NCBI GenBank assembly: GCA_032718475.1
Contig: JAUCBJ010001613.1
Location: 1-36,301 of the forward strand
Direction of reading: 5' to 3'
Length of the DNA stretch: 36,301 bases
Source: Nemertoderma westbladi
Taxonomy: Eukaryota > Animalia > Xenacoelomorpha
The translations under genes and the position numbers were made by a program. Positions 1 through 13,100 of this stretch are shown piece by piece. A model generated the notes under the pieces. It was given only the letters and a program-made list of their open reading frames with translations. It searched no databases and had not been told where the DNA came from. Positions within the stretch are counted from its first letter, which is position 1. The number at the start of each line of letters is the position of its first letter.

Positions 1-3000
1 AAACCTTATCTGATCAATATGAGAACCTGTAATGAATGCTAAAAACCCTATCTGACCAATATTCGACCCAGTGATGAATGCTAAAGCTTTTATCTCACCA
101 ATATTCAAACCAGTAATGAATGCTAAACCTTATCTGACCAATATTCAAACCAGTAATGAATGCTAAAACCTTACCTGATCAATATGAGAACCAGTGATGA
201 ATGCTAAAACCTTATCTGATCAATATGAGTACCCGTAATGATTGCAAAAACCTTATCTGATCAATATGAGAACCTGTAATGAATGCTAAAAACCCTATCT
301 GACCAATATTCGACCCAGTGATGAATGCTAAAGCTTTTATCTCACCAATATTCAAACCAGTAATGAATGCTAAACCTTATCTGACCAATATTCAAACCAG
401 TAATGAATGCTAAAACCTTACCTGATCAATATGAGAACCAGTGATGAATGCTAAAACCTTATCTGATCAATATGAGAACCCGTAATGATTGCAAAAACCT
501 ATCTGATCAATATGAGAACCTGTAATGAATGCTAAAAACCCTATCTGACAAATATTCGACCCAGTGATGAATGCTAAAGCTTTATCTGACCAAAATTCAA
601 ACCAGTGATGAATGCTAAAGCTTTATCTGACCAATATTCAAACCAGTGATGAATGCTAAAACCTTATCTGATCAATATGAGAACCAGTGATGAATGCTAA
701 AGCTTTATCTGACCAAAATTCAAACCAGTGATGAATGCTAAAGCTTTATCTGACCAATATTCAAACCAGTGATGAATGCTAAAACCTTATCTGATCAATA
801 TGAGAACCAGTGATGAATGCTAAAGCTTTATCTGACCAATATTCAAACCAGTGATGAATGCTAAAACCTTATCTGATCAATATGAGAACCAGTGATGAAT
901 GCTAAAGCTTTTATCTCACCAATATTCAAACCAGTGATGAATGCTAAAGCTTTATCTGACCAATATTCAAACCAGTGATGAATGCTAAAACCATATCTGA
1001 CCAATATGATAACCAGTGATGAATGCTAAAGCTTTATCTGACCAATATTCGACCCAGTGATGAATGCTAAAACCATATCTGACCAATATGATAACCAGTA
1101 GTAATGAATGCTAAAGCCTTATCTGACCAATATTCGACCCAGTGATGAATGCTAAAGCCTTATCTGACCAAAATTCAAACCAGTGATGAATGCTAAAGCT
1201 TTATCTGACCAATATTCAAACCAGTGATGAATGCTAAAACCTTATCTGATCAATATTCGACCCAGTGATGAATGCTAAAGCCTTATCTGACCAAAATTCA
1301 AACCAGTGATGAATGCTAAAGCTTTATCTGACCAATATTCAAACCAGTGATGAATGCTAAAACCATATCTGACCAATATGATAACCAGTGATGAATGTTA
1401 AAGCTTTATCTGACCAATATTCAAAGCAGTGATGAATGCTAAAGCTTTATCTGACAAATATTCAAACCAGTGATGAATGCTAAAACCTTATCTGATCAAT
1501 ATTCGACCCAGTGATGAATGCTAAAGCCTTATCTGACCAAAATTCAAACCAGTGATGAATGCTAAAGCTTTATCTGACCAATATTCAAACCAGTGATGAA
1601 TGTTAAAACCATATCTGACCAATATGATAACCAGTGATGAATGCTAAAGCCTTATCTGACCAATATTCAAACCAGTGATGAATGCTAAAACCATATCTGA
1701 CCAATATGATAACCAGTGATGAATGCTAAAGCCTTATCTGACCAATATTCAAACCAGTAGTAATGAATGCTAAAACCATATCTGACCAATATTCAAAGCA
1801 GTGATGAATGCTAAAGCTTTATCTGACCAATATTCAAACCAGTGATGAATGCTAAAACCATATCTGACCAATATGATAACCAGTGATGAATGCTAAAGCC
1901 TTATCTGACCAATATTCAAACCAGTGATGAATGCTAAAGCTTTATCTGACCAATATTCAAACCAGTGATGAATGCTAAAGCTTTATCTGACCAATATTCA
2001 AACCAGTGATGAATGCTAAAACCATATCTGACCAATATGATAACCAGTGATGAATGCTAAAGCTTTATCTGACCAAAATTCAAACCAGTGATGAATGCTA
2101 AAGCTTTATCTGACCAATATTCAAACCAGTGATGAATGCTAAAACCTTATCTGATCAATATGAGAACCAGTGATGAATGCTAAAGCTTTATCTGACCAAA
2201 ATTCAAACCAGTGATGAATGCTAAAGCTTTATCTGACCAATATTCAAACCAGTGATGAATGCTAAAACCTTATCTGATCAATATGAGAACCAGTGATGAA
2301 TGCTAAAGCTTTATCTGACCAATATTCAAACCAGTGATGAATGCTAAAACCTTATCTGATCAATATGAGAACCAGTGATGAATGCTAAAGCTTTTATCTC
2401 ACCAATATTCAAACCAGTGATGAATGCTAAAGCTTTATCTGACCAATATTCAAACCAGTGATGAATGCTAAAACCATATCTGACCAATATGATAACCAGT
2501 GATGAATGCTAAAGCTTTATCTGACCAATATTCGACCCAGTGATGAATGCTAAAACCATATCTGACCAATATGATAACCAGTAGTAATGAATGCTAAAGC
2601 CTTATCTGACCAATATTCGACCCAGTGATGAATGCTAAAGCCTTATCTGACCAAAATTCAAACCAGTGATGAATGCTAAAGCTTTATCTGACCAATATTC
2701 AAACCAGTGATGAATGCTAAAACCTTATCTGATCAATATTCGACCCAGTGATGAATGCTAAAGCCTTATCTGACCAAAATTCAAACCAGTGATGAATGCT
2801 AAAGCTTTATCTGACCAATATTCAAACCAGTGATGAATGCTAAAACCATATCTGACCAATATGATAACCAGTGATGAATGTTAAAGCTTTATCTGACCAA
2901 TATTCAAAGCAGTGATGAATGCTAAAGCTTTATCTGACAAATATTCAAACCAGTGATGAATGCTAAAACCATATCTGACCAATATGATAACCAGTGATGA

Positions 3001-4132
3001 ATGCTAAAGCCTTATCTGACCAATATTCAAACCAGTGATGAATGCTAAAACCATATCTGACCAATATGATAACCAGTGATGAATGCTAAAGCCTTATCTG
3101 ACCAATATTCAAACCAGTAGTAATGAATGCTAAAACCATATCTGACCAATATTCAAAGCAGTGATGAATGCTAAAGCTTTATCTGACCAATATTCAAACC
3201 AGTGATGAATGCTAAAACCATATCTGACCAATATGATAACCAGTGATGAATGCTAAAGCCTTATCTGACCAATATTCAAACCAGTGATGAATGCTAAAGC
3301 TTTATCTGACCAATATTCAAACCAGTGATGAATGCTAAAGCTTTATCTGACCAATATTCAAACCAGTGATGAATGCTAAAACCTTATCTGATCAATATTC
3401 GACCCAGTGATGAATGCTAAAGCCTTATCTGACCAAAATTCAAACCAGTGATGAATGCTAAAGCTTTATCTGACCAATATTCAAACCAGTGATGAATGCT
3501 AAAACCTTATCTGATCAATATGAGAACCAGTGATGAATGCTAAAGCCTTATCTGACCAAAATTCAAACCAGTGATGAATGCTAAAGCTTTATCTGACCAA
3601 TATTCAAACCAGTGATGAATGCTAAAACCATATCTGACCAATATGATAACCAGTGATGAATGCTAAAGCCTTATCTGACCAATATTCAAACCAGTGATGA
3701 ATGCTAAAACCATATCTGACCAATATGATAACCAGTGATGAATGCTAAAGCCTTATCTGACCAATATTCAAACCAGTAGTAATGAATGCTAAAACCATAT
3801 CTGACCAATATTCAAAGCAGTGATGAATGCTAAAGCTTTATCTGACCAATATTCAAACCAGTGATGAATGCTAAAACCATATCTGACCAATATGATAACC
3901 AGTGATGAATGCTAAAGCCTTATCTGACCAATATTCAAACCAGTGATGAATGCTAAAGCTTTATCTGACCAATATTCAAACCAGTGATGAATGCTAAAGC
4001 TTTATCTGACCAATATTCAAACCAGTGATGAATGCTAAAACCATATCTGACCAATATGATAACCAATGATGAATGCTAAAGCTTTATCTGACCAAAATTC
4101 AAACCAGTGATGAATGCTAAAGCTTTATCTGA
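1..4132. repeat. 41-bp tandem satellite, left part (consensus AAACCAGTGATGAATGCTAAAGCTTTATCTGACCAATATTC); runs off the window start
   Basis: Uninterrupted 41-nt periodicity (e.g. ACCAGTGAT at 601 and 642). About 100 monomers with a few recurring variants; many carry AAGCTT (HindIII). No unique spacers. Confidence 0.98.
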
Positions 4133-4784
4133 TTTTTTTTTTTTTTTTTTTTGATTGATTGATTGAGCCCATAGGACTCGTATAATATCCAATATAATGA
4201 TGTAATAAATTTAAACCTATACCTAATACGATTCAACTAAAATATTTAATGAGAGCATGCACGTGTTACCAACCCAACCCACCCCATTGAGGCCTTAGGA
4301 TAATTACTGTACGATATTATTAAGTAGTTACAACTGCCTAAGTCTAGTTAGAAGGTCTACAGTATATAAATCTAAAGAAAACAATTGCACCCGAATTCCG
4401 ACTTCAACCAAAGTACTAACATCAGCAAAGCATAGCTTATGCGCCGATGTGAGCACTGTAAATGTGAGAAATAAAATAACACTGTGCATTAAAAATTTAC
4501 TTTATAGTCATTTTGAAATTCATTGAGAACAATTTATATTTCTTAAACAGAAATTTATAAACAGAGAGAAGAAGAATAGTCGTTATATGGAAATCATTAC
4601 GGTACATAAATAGGTGAAGTAAACAAAGGCGATTCTGGCCTTTTTTTGGTTATTATTGATTATTATTGACTGTGGCTCTCGAGAGTTTGCAAATGAAAAT
4701 TCACCATAGATTAATAGATAGGATAATCCATGGAACTGTACTAATACTTTTCACTTAGTAAAAATTGGTAAAGAACGATGCACG

Positions 4785-7700
4785 TTATGAATCATAGGTG
4801 TTGAGGATGTAGTTTTTAATTTTAGTTTTGAATTGTGGCAGGGAAGTGCATTGTTTAATATCCGTCGGAAGCTCGTTCCATAATGCAGGGCCTTGGTACA
4901 TGATACCACTCTTAGCTAATGCTGTTTTATATAGGGGCAGGTGATAATTAGCAGCATTTCTTGTTGGATAAGAGTGTACCTGTCGATTGAGTATCAGTTT
5001 GGAACTCAATTCTGAGGGTAGCTTCACCGAGGATGTTCTATGTTTATAGATTAATTTGACACATTGTAGCCGATAGGAATCCTGAAGTTTTAGTAGTTTT
5101 AAATATTTGAAAAGTGGTTCGGCGTGAACTGTTTTGGATTTCAGTGAGACGACACGTATTATTTTATTCTGCAATTTTATCAGTGGTTTAAGAGTTGACT
5201 CTGTCGCACTGAAACCCCACAGTATCAAACCAAAAGATAAGTAAGATGCCACTAGTGTATGATATAACATGAGACGTATAGTTTCAGGAATGAAATGTTT
5301 CAGTTTATTGATAATTCCAACGTTTTTAGAAATCTTTGATCTTATATAATTAATGTGTGTTTTCCACTTTAAGTCGTTTGATAGCATAAGACCAAGAAAC
5401 TTTATTTTGGTTACTTCTGGAATAGAGGCATTAGATATTTGTAGATGTGGTAAGATTAAATTTGAAGGACGTTTCTGTTTGAATATCATGAAATTAGTTT
5501 TATCAATATTAAGAGTAAGTTTATTTATTGCCAACCAATTAGTGACGTTTTTTAGTTCAATATTCAAGGTGTGGATAATTTCTGATACATTTTGACCTGA
5601 AAGAAAGACATTGGTATCATCCGCAAAAAGTATGAAATTTAGAATTTTTGAACAATTAACAATGTCATTTATATATAGCAGAAATAGAATAGGACCTAGG
5701 ATTGATCCTTGAGGCACACCAATGGTAATGGGTTTCTTTGTTGAAGTAAATCCACCGTACTGAACATATTGAAATCTATCAGAAAGGTAACTTTTGAACC
5801 ATTCTAGTGGTTTACCCCGAATGCCGTAGTGTTCCATTTTTTTATACAAAATTGTGTGATTAACAGTGTCAAAGGCCTTTGAGAGATCAAGAAATACACC
5901 TACTGTAGTTAAAGTATTCTCTGCTGCATTCGATAGTTCATTGAAAAGAAGTGAAAGTGCTAGATCAATTGATTTTCCTTTTAGGAAGCCAAACTGGTGA
6001 TCAGAAATAATATTATTTTTTTCCAAGTATGATATTAACTGATTAAACACACATTTCTCGATTAGTTTGGAACTAAATGATAAAACACTAACTGGTCTGT
6101 AGTTTATAACCAATTTTTTGTTTTTCGATTTATAAATAGGTGTAATTTTTGCCACTTTCATACCTTTCGGTACGATACCAGTTTCAATAGACAAGTTAAT
6201 CACATGTAACAATGGATCAGCAATGTGGTCAAATACCTTTTTAAATATTGAGGGGTTCACTAGATCGGGGCCGATTGCTTTTTTGTTTTCAAGAGAAAAG
6301 ACAATGTTATGTAGCTCTTCCTTTGAGATAGTGGATAGTAACATTGAGTTGCACTGACCACCTGGAAGATATTTGTAAATCGAGTCTGAGTTTGTGGGAA
6401 TTTTATCTGCTAGTTTGTTGGCGAATGTTGAGTAATGTTCATTAAAGCCATTAACAATATCACTCCCATTGTCTACAAGCCTTTTATTGATGAGAAATGA
6501 CGAATTGACATTCGCTTTGCTTGATTTTTTGCAAGAAGTTAGTGGGATAATTGACTTAAGAACATCCCATGTTTTACCTACATTTCCCTTGAATTTCTTG
6601 AATAAAATACGAAAGTATTCCTTTTTTGCACAACGAAGTAGAGTTGTTAATTTGTTTTTGAATGTTAAAAACTTATGCTTATATTCGAGTGTCCGAATTT
6701 TAATAAATTCGGCATATAATTTATGTTTTGTGCGAATTGATTTAAACAGTGATTCCGTGATCCAAGGTTTATCGGGGTTTATTATCCTTACTTTTTTGAG
6801 TGGAAAATGTGTTTCATATAATATTTGGTAGGAGGAGATGAAATTATCATGAGCAGACTCAGGATTGTTCGAGCCGAGCAAATTATGCCAACCTTCAGAA
6901 TTTAGACTCTGAAGCGCTTGTTTAAATCGGTCTAGATTTATAGTTGAATGATCACGTCTGAAGAAAAATTTATGGGGTGTAGCCTTCGTCGAATGTGGAA
7001 TGTTACAAAAGGTAATTATGGGCAAGTGATCAGAAATTTGTGCAAGTAGAACCCCGGTATGTGTAATGGTGGTAAAGTCATTAGTGAGTATATTATCTAT
7101 CGCCGTTGCACTATGTTCGGTTATTCGAGTAGGTTTATTTACCAGTGGTACAAAAAAATTTTGATTTAATAATTCAAGGAAATTTTGCGGTTGAGGACAA
7201 TCATTTGCATGTAGAACATTTATATTGAAATCGCCAGTAATATAACATAATTTTCCTTCATTATTTATTTTTTCTATGTCCGTTTTCAAGCATTCCAAAA
7301 ATGAAACAATATCTGTGTTAGGAGGACGATAAATATTAGCAAAAATCACATTTCTGTGCCCTTCTCTTTTCCACTCTACAAAAATTGTTTCATACAATCC
7401 ACATTTAAATGAACCCAAATCAGATCTTTTTTCACAGTCCAGGTCATCCCGGATATAAATTCCAGCACCTCCACCAATTTTATTTGTACGAAAGTTATAA
7501 AAAAAATTATAGTTTTTCATTTGGAAAAGATCATGATTGTCAGCGTTTTGCCAAGTTTCACTTACACCGATTACGTCAGGTGGTTTATCCAAACATCGTA
7601 ATAACAACTGCAAGTCGTCACTATTTTTAGTTAAACTCATGACATTGGTTTGCATTACAGAAAACTGATTATTTTGTCCCTTATATACATCTGATAAATT

Positions 7701-8084
7701 TGAATAATATTTGCAGTTGAGGTTATTATTATTGAAAAAATTTGTATCAGGATCGAATTCAGTGTCAGCGAAATCCGACTCTTCGTTGTCAAAGAAATTG
7801 ACAAATTTATCGTCAATAAGATCTAAATTAATTACCGAGGGTAGTCTATAGTCACATAGAGTCAAAATATATTCCTCGTCGTTTACAATTTTCTGGAAAG
7901 GTAGGGTATCAGCAATACATGTACCGCAGATCCAGTCGTTACATGCCTTCAAATATTCAAAGTCATTTCTTTTCACACCTTGTAGGCATTTAATATGTGA
8001 TTGTTCGTGACAAAGGGTGCACTGTAGAATGACAGAGTTATTACGTAATTTTTTGCTGCAGCAGCAACATCTATCGGCAAGCAT
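4785..8084 (-). CDS. LINE ORF2: N-terminal PHD finger + APE endonuclease + reverse transcriptase (1099 aa, intact)
   Basis: PHD-like C4HC3 (CCCC...CTLC...HIKC...WICGTC). APE motifs QTNV, VSETW, IYRPP, GDFN, IDNI, SDHLPI. RT motifs NYRPVS, QFGF, FLDLSKAFDTV, GVPQGSILGP, LFADDT, IKFLG. Confidence 0.96.
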   Translation of the reverse strand: MLADRCCCCSKKLRNNSVILQCTLCHEQSHIKCLQGVKRNDFEYLKACNDWICGTCIADTLPFQKIVNDEEYILTLCDYRLPSVINLDLIDDKFVNFFDNEESDFADTEFDPDTNFFNNNNLNCKYYSNLSDVYKGQNNQFSVMQTNVMSLTKNSDDLQLLLRCLDKPPDVIGVSETWQNADNHDLFQMKNYNFFYNFRTNKIGGGAGIYIRDDLDCEKRSDLGSFKCGLYETIFVEWKREGHRNVIFANIYRPPNTDIVSFLECLKTDIEKINNEGKLCYITGDFNINVLHANDCPQPQNFLELLNQNFFVPLVNKPTRITEHSATAIDNILTNDFTTITHTGVLLAQISDHLPIITFCNIPHSTKATPHKFFFRRDHSTINLDRFKQALQSLNSEGWHNLLGSNNPESAHDNFISSYQILYETHFPLKKVRIINPDKPWITESLFKSIRTKHKLYAEFIKIRTLEYKHKFLTFKNKLTTLLRCAKKEYFRILFKKFKGNVGKTWDVLKSIIPLTSCKKSSKANVNSSFLINKRLVDNGSDIVNGFNEHYSTFANKLADKIPTNSDSIYKYLPGGQCNSMLLSTISKEELHNIVFSLENKKAIGPDLVNPSIFKKVFDHIADPLLHVINLSIETGIVPKGMKVAKITPIYKSKNKKLVINYRPVSVLSFSSKLIEKCVFNQLISYLEKNNIISDHQFGFLKGKSIDLALSLLFNELSNAAENTLTTVGVFLDLSKAFDTVNHTILYKKMEHYGIRGKPLEWFKSYLSDRFQYVQYGGFTSTKKPITIGVPQGSILGPILFLLYINDIVNCSKILNFILFADDTNVFLSGQNVSEIIHTLNIELKNVTNWLAINKLTLNIDKTNFMIFKQKRPSNLILPHLQISNASIPEVTKIKFLGLMLSNDLKWKTHINYIRSKISKNVGIINKLKHFIPETIRLMLYHTLVASYLSFGLILWGFSATESTLKPLIKLQNKIIRVVSLKSKTVHAEPLFKYLKLLKLQDSYRLQCVKLIYKHRTSSVKLPSELSSKLILNRQVHSYPTRNAANYHLPLYKTALAKSGIMYQGPALWNELPTDIKQCTSLPQFKTKIKNYILNTYDS

Positions 8085-8965
8085 ATGAAATGATAAAAAT
8101 CGGAAAACGGGTATAACTAAGTATATCTAAGTATAAATATGCTGTTCTGCTCTGTGAGTTTAACACACAGCTTAAGAGCACAGTTCGAATCTCGAGAAAT
8201 GTTAGGTACCCTCCCAGTTGCTCCCTTATTACCTATACAATACCGCTAAAAACCTAAAGTTACAATATACTACAAAATAATCACTAAACAACCTATCTAG
8301 ACAAGCACACACAAAAAAAAATAATACGAGATACAAATAAAGATCAAGGTTCAAGTAAAGTTAGTCTGTATAACGAGATATGCCTGATTATTACGGTCCA
8401 TGCCGGGCCATGTTTTAAACTAATTTGAGCTTTGTGGGTAATATACTTGAATTACTATTAAAGGGGCCTTACACAAATAATATATTACAATACTCCTGTG
8501 TTTTGTACAAGTGTATTATAATGTTCTTTTGTTAAATAACATATTGTAATATACAAACAAAAATGCCTTATTAGATTAAGCCAAGGGGTGGAGCTATAAT
8601 TGTGCGATAATTTTGCAAGCATTATTACGATTATATGATACGTAAATAGTTTGTTTGTATAATTATTATCATACATAGTATTTTGTTGATAGTAATAAAA
8701 TAATCTATTAGATTTTAACGGCCTTGTTAGTTTGATTGATAAAATGATAAGTACATATTTATTTACTTACATGCTAAATAGTACAAATTTATTTATTTAT
8801 TTACATGCTGAATAATATGATTAAAATAATTGAGTACATATATGGCATATAAAATATAACAAATCTATTTATTTGTTAGTATTATTTGTTAGTATTATTC
8901 ACACTGGCGTTGTGGGCAAATAAATTAAATTAACCTTGTTTGTTTTATTGTGAAATATTGTAACC

Positions 8966-10180
8966 TTATTTGACGGATTTCTTTCCAATGACTTTGGGAG
9001 ATAAGTTTGCTTTCCCAATATTAGGGATTTTTATAGGATTGGTTATAGGATTGGTTTTCGGTGTAGCTCGATGTGCAGCTGGGCCTGGAGCAGGATTTGG
9101 TTTATCTTTCATCTCAACAGTAGGACCAACGGAAGGTTTCGTAGACTTTTGTTTGCTATTGGCATTCAGGAGTTGTCGACGAACTTTTCGATCTTCTTCC
9201 GTGAATTCCTTAACCAATGACACATCACTTCTAGCAGTGATAAGAACAGGTCGATTTGCGGTTCCCATAGCGAAAATCCGTCCATCACGGGACCAACCAA
9301 TCCCCTTAGTGCGAACATCTCGAAGTAGCCCCGATCGGAATGATGTCAATGATTCGGTGACATAGAAACCAGTATTCCGGAGGCGGTGGGCTTGAGAGAA
9401 AACTTTCGCTCGTACTCTATAGCGGACAAACTTTACTATGATCGGCGCGTGTTTAATATTGGCTTTAGTACCATACTTCTCAGCGTTACTAGCGTTACCA
9501 GACCCAGCCACAATGTCACGACGCCCCAGACGATGACACCGATCAAACTCGTGTTCTCCAATGTCAAGCAGAAGATTGTCCTTCAGGAACGATTTAACAA
9601 CTTCAAAGGTTTTATCTTCAGAAGATTCTTCTGTTGTCTGAGGAACTCCGTGTATAAGGATACAATTTCGACGCGAGTACTGCTCAATGTCATCCAATTG
9701 CGTGATAGAAGAATCACGTAACCTGTTAAACTCTCGTCGGATATCCTCAAGTGTTCCCTTCATAGCTTCTAATTCGAAGTTGACATTTTCTTGTATTGCA
9801 ACAATTAGGGCGTCCTTGTCGGAATCGGAGAAGCCAAGAAATGGTTGAGCGGTTCCAGTAGATTCATCAGACCCACTGTCATTAGAGGAAATAGCGTCAC
9901 AAACGAAAACAGCATCATTATCGGTCCTTTTAGGCCTAGTTGTAATTGGGCCTGCTCTGTTATTGGAGTGGTCGAAGGTGTTTTTATCGGATCCACTCGA
10001 AGGTGAATAAGTCCGCTCTTTACCGGTATGTTTGTTAATTTCAGAGATTATAATTCCAGACAATTTAGATTGAAGGCCTTCGAAGCTTTCCTCAAATCCA
10101 TCTAGTCTAGAACTTTGTTTATCCAGTTCGTCATGCAATGTAAAGCCAATGTTGTTGTTACCTGAATAAGTTCCCGATGA
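8966..10180 (-). CDS. LINE ORF1 (L1-ORF1p/Transposase_22-like RNA-binding protein), N-terminally truncated
   Basis: Coiled-coil-like region, then LDDIEQYSRRNCILIHGVP, DRCHRLG, PIIVKF, YVTESLT and GWSRDGRIF motifs typical of L1-like ORF1. The ORF-track start at 10138 is TTG; the frame stays open (SSGTYSGNNNIGFT) up to the 5' junction with no ATG. Confidence 0.88.
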   Translation of the reverse strand, partial: SSGTYSGNNNIGFTLHDELDKQSSRLDGFEESFEGLQSKLSGIIISEINKHTGKERTYSPSSGSDKNTFDHSNNRAGPITTRPKRTDNDAVFVCDAISSNDSGSDESTGTAQPFLGFSDSDKDALIVAIQENVNFELEAMKGTLEDIRREFNRLRDSSITQLDDIEQYSRRNCILIHGVPQTTEESSEDKTFEVVKSFLKDNLLLDIGEHEFDRCHRLGRRDIVAGSGNASNAEKYGTKANIKHAPIIVKFVRYRVRAKVFSQAHRLRNTGFYVTESLTSFRSGLLRDVRTKGIGWSRDGRIFAMGTANRPVLITARSDVSLVKEFTEEDRKVRRQLLNANSKQKSTKPSVGPTVEMKDKPNPAPGPAAHRATPKTNPITNPIKIPNIGKANLSPKVIGKKSVK

Positions 10181-13100
10181 TGACCAATATTCAAACCAGT
10201 GATGAATGCTAAAACCTTATCTGATCAATATGAGAACCAGTGATGAATGCTAAAGCTTTATCTGACCAAAATTCAAACCAGTGATGAATGCTAAAGCTTT
10301 ATCTGACCAATATTCAAACCAGTGATGAATGCTAAAACCTTATCTGATCAATATGAGAACCAGTGATGAATGCTAAAGCTTTATCTGACCAATATTCAAA
10401 CCAGTGATGGATGCTAAAACCTTATCTGATCAATATGAGAACCAGTGATGAATGCTAAAGCTTTTATCTCACCAATATTCAAACCAGTGATGAATGCTAA
10501 AGCTTTATCTGACCAATATTCAAACCAGTGATGAATGCTAAAACCATATCTGACCAATATGATAACCAGTGATGAATGCTAAAGCTTTATCTGACCAATA
10601 TTCGACCCAGTGATGAATGCTAAAACCATATCTGACCAATATGATAACCAGTAGTAATGAATGCTAAAGCCTTATCTGACCAATATTCGACCCAGTGATG
10701 AATGCTAAAGCCTTATCTGACCAAAATTCAAACCAGTGATGAATGCTAAAGCTTTATCTGACCAATATTCAAACCAGTGATGAATGCTAAAACCTTATCT
10801 GATCAATATTCGACCCAGTGATGAATGCTAAAGCCTTATCTGACCAAAATTCAAACCAGTGATGAATGCTAAAGCTTTATCTGACCAATATTCAAACCAG
10901 TGATGAATGCTAAAACCATATCTGACCAATATGATAACCAGTGATGAATGTTAAAGCTTTATCTGACCAATATTCAAAGCAGTGATGAATGCTAAAGCTT
11001 TATCTGACAAATATTCAAACCAGTGATGAATGCTAAAACCATATCTGACCAATATGATAACCAGTGATGAATGCTAAAGCCTTATCTGACCAATATTCAA
11101 ACCAGTGATGAATGCTAAAACCATATCTGACCAATATGATAACCAGTGATGAATGCTAAAGCCTTATCTGACCAATATTCAAACCAGTAGTAATGAATGC
11201 TAAAACCATATCTGACCAATATTCAAAGCAGTGATGAATGCTAAAGCTTTATCTGACCAATATTCAAACCAGTGATGAATGCTAAAACCATATCTGACCA
11301 ATATGATAACCAGTGATGAATGCTAAAGCCTTATCTGACCAATATTCAAACCAGTGATGAATGCTAAAGCTTTATCTGACCAATATTCAAACCAGTGATG
11401 AATGCTAAAGCTTTATCTGACCAATATTCAAACCAGTGATGAATGCTAAAACCTTATCTGATCAATATTCGACCCAGTGATGAATGCTAAAGCCTTATCT
11501 GACCAAAATTCAAACCAGTGATGAATGCTAAAGCTTTATCTGACCAATATTCAAACCAGTGATGAATGCTAAAACCTTATCTGATCAATATGAGAACCCG
11601 TAATGATTGCAAAAACCTTATCTGACCATTGTGATAACCAGTGATGAATGCTAAAGCCTTATCTGATCAATATTCGACCCAGTGATGAATGCTAAAGCTT
11701 TATCTGACCAATATTCAAACCAGTGATGAATGCTAAAACCTTATCTGATCAATATGAGAACCAGTAATGAATGCTAAAACCCTATCTGACCAATATTCGA
11801 CCCAGTGATGAATGCTAAAGCTTTATCTGACAAATATTCAAACCAGTAGTAATGAATGCTAAAACCATATCTGACCAATATTCAAAGCAGTGATGAATGC
11901 TAAAGCTTTATCTGACCAATATTCAAACCAGTGATGAATGCTAAAACCATATCTGACCAATATGATAACCAGTGATGAATGCTAAAGCCTTATCTGACCA
12001 ATATTCAAACCAGTGATGAATGCTAAAGCTTTATCTGACCAATATTCAAACCAGTGATGAATGCTAAAACCATATCTGACCAATATGATAACCAGTGATG
12101 AATGCTAAAACCATATCTGACCAATATGATAACCAGTGATGAATGCTAAAGCTTTATCTGACAAATATTCAAAGCAGTGATGAATGCTAAAGCTTTATCT
12201 GACAAATATTCAAACCATTGATGAATGCTAAAACCTTATCTGATCAATATGAGAACCCGTAATGATTGCAAAAACCTTATCTGACCATTATGATAACCAG
12301 TGATGAATGCTAAAGCCTTATCTGACCAATATTCGACCCAGTGATGAATGCTAAAGCCTTATCTGACCAAAATTCAAACCAGTGATGAATGCTAAAGCTT
12401 TATCTGACCAATATTCAAACCAGTGATGAATGCTAAAACCTTATCTGATCAATATTCGACCCAGTGATGAATGCTAAAACCCTATCTGACCAATATTCAA
12501 ACCAGTGATGAATGCTAAAACCATATCTGACCATTATGATAACCAGTGATGAATGCTAAAGCTTTATCTGACAAATATTCAAACCAGTGATGAATGCTAA
12601 AACCTTATCTGATCAATATGAGAACCCGTAATGATTGCAAAAACCTTATCTGACCATTATGATAACCAGTGATGAATGCTAAAGCCTTATCTGACAAATA
12701 TTCAAACCAGTGATGAATGCTAAAACCTTATCTGATCAATATGAGAACCCGTAATGATTGCAAAAACCTTATCTGACCATTATGATAACCAGTGATGAAT
12801 GCTAAAACCCTATCTGACCAATATTCAAACCAGTGATGAATGCTAAAACCTTATCTGATCAATATGAGAACCAGTAATGAATGCTAAAACCCTATCTGAC
12901 CAATATTCAAACCAGTGATGAATGCTAAAACCATATCTGACCAATATTCGACCGAGTGATGAATGCTAAAGCTTTATCTGACCAATATTCAAACCAGTGA
13001 TGAATGCTAAAACCTTATCTGATCAATATGAGAACCAGTAATGAATGCTAAAACCCTATCTGACCAATATTCGACCCAGTGATGAATGCTAAACCTTATC

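Larger units (their letters stand above)
4133..10180 (-). mobile_element. 5'-truncated non-LTR retrotransposon (LINE), CR1/L2 group (Crack-like), inserted in the 41-bp satellite
   Basis: T20 at 4133-4152 followed by (GATT)3, i.e. an (AATC)3-polyA tail on the minus strand. ORF1 and ORF2 on the minus strand. The satellite resumes in register at 10181; TGA is duplicated (4130-4132 / 10181-10183). Confidence 0.95.

Noticed and set aside
5353-9721. Plus-strand ORFs overlapping the LINE ORFs (also those antisense to DDX19 and the peptidase-like exons)
   Set aside because: Antisense shadows of real coding frames with no recognisable motifs.
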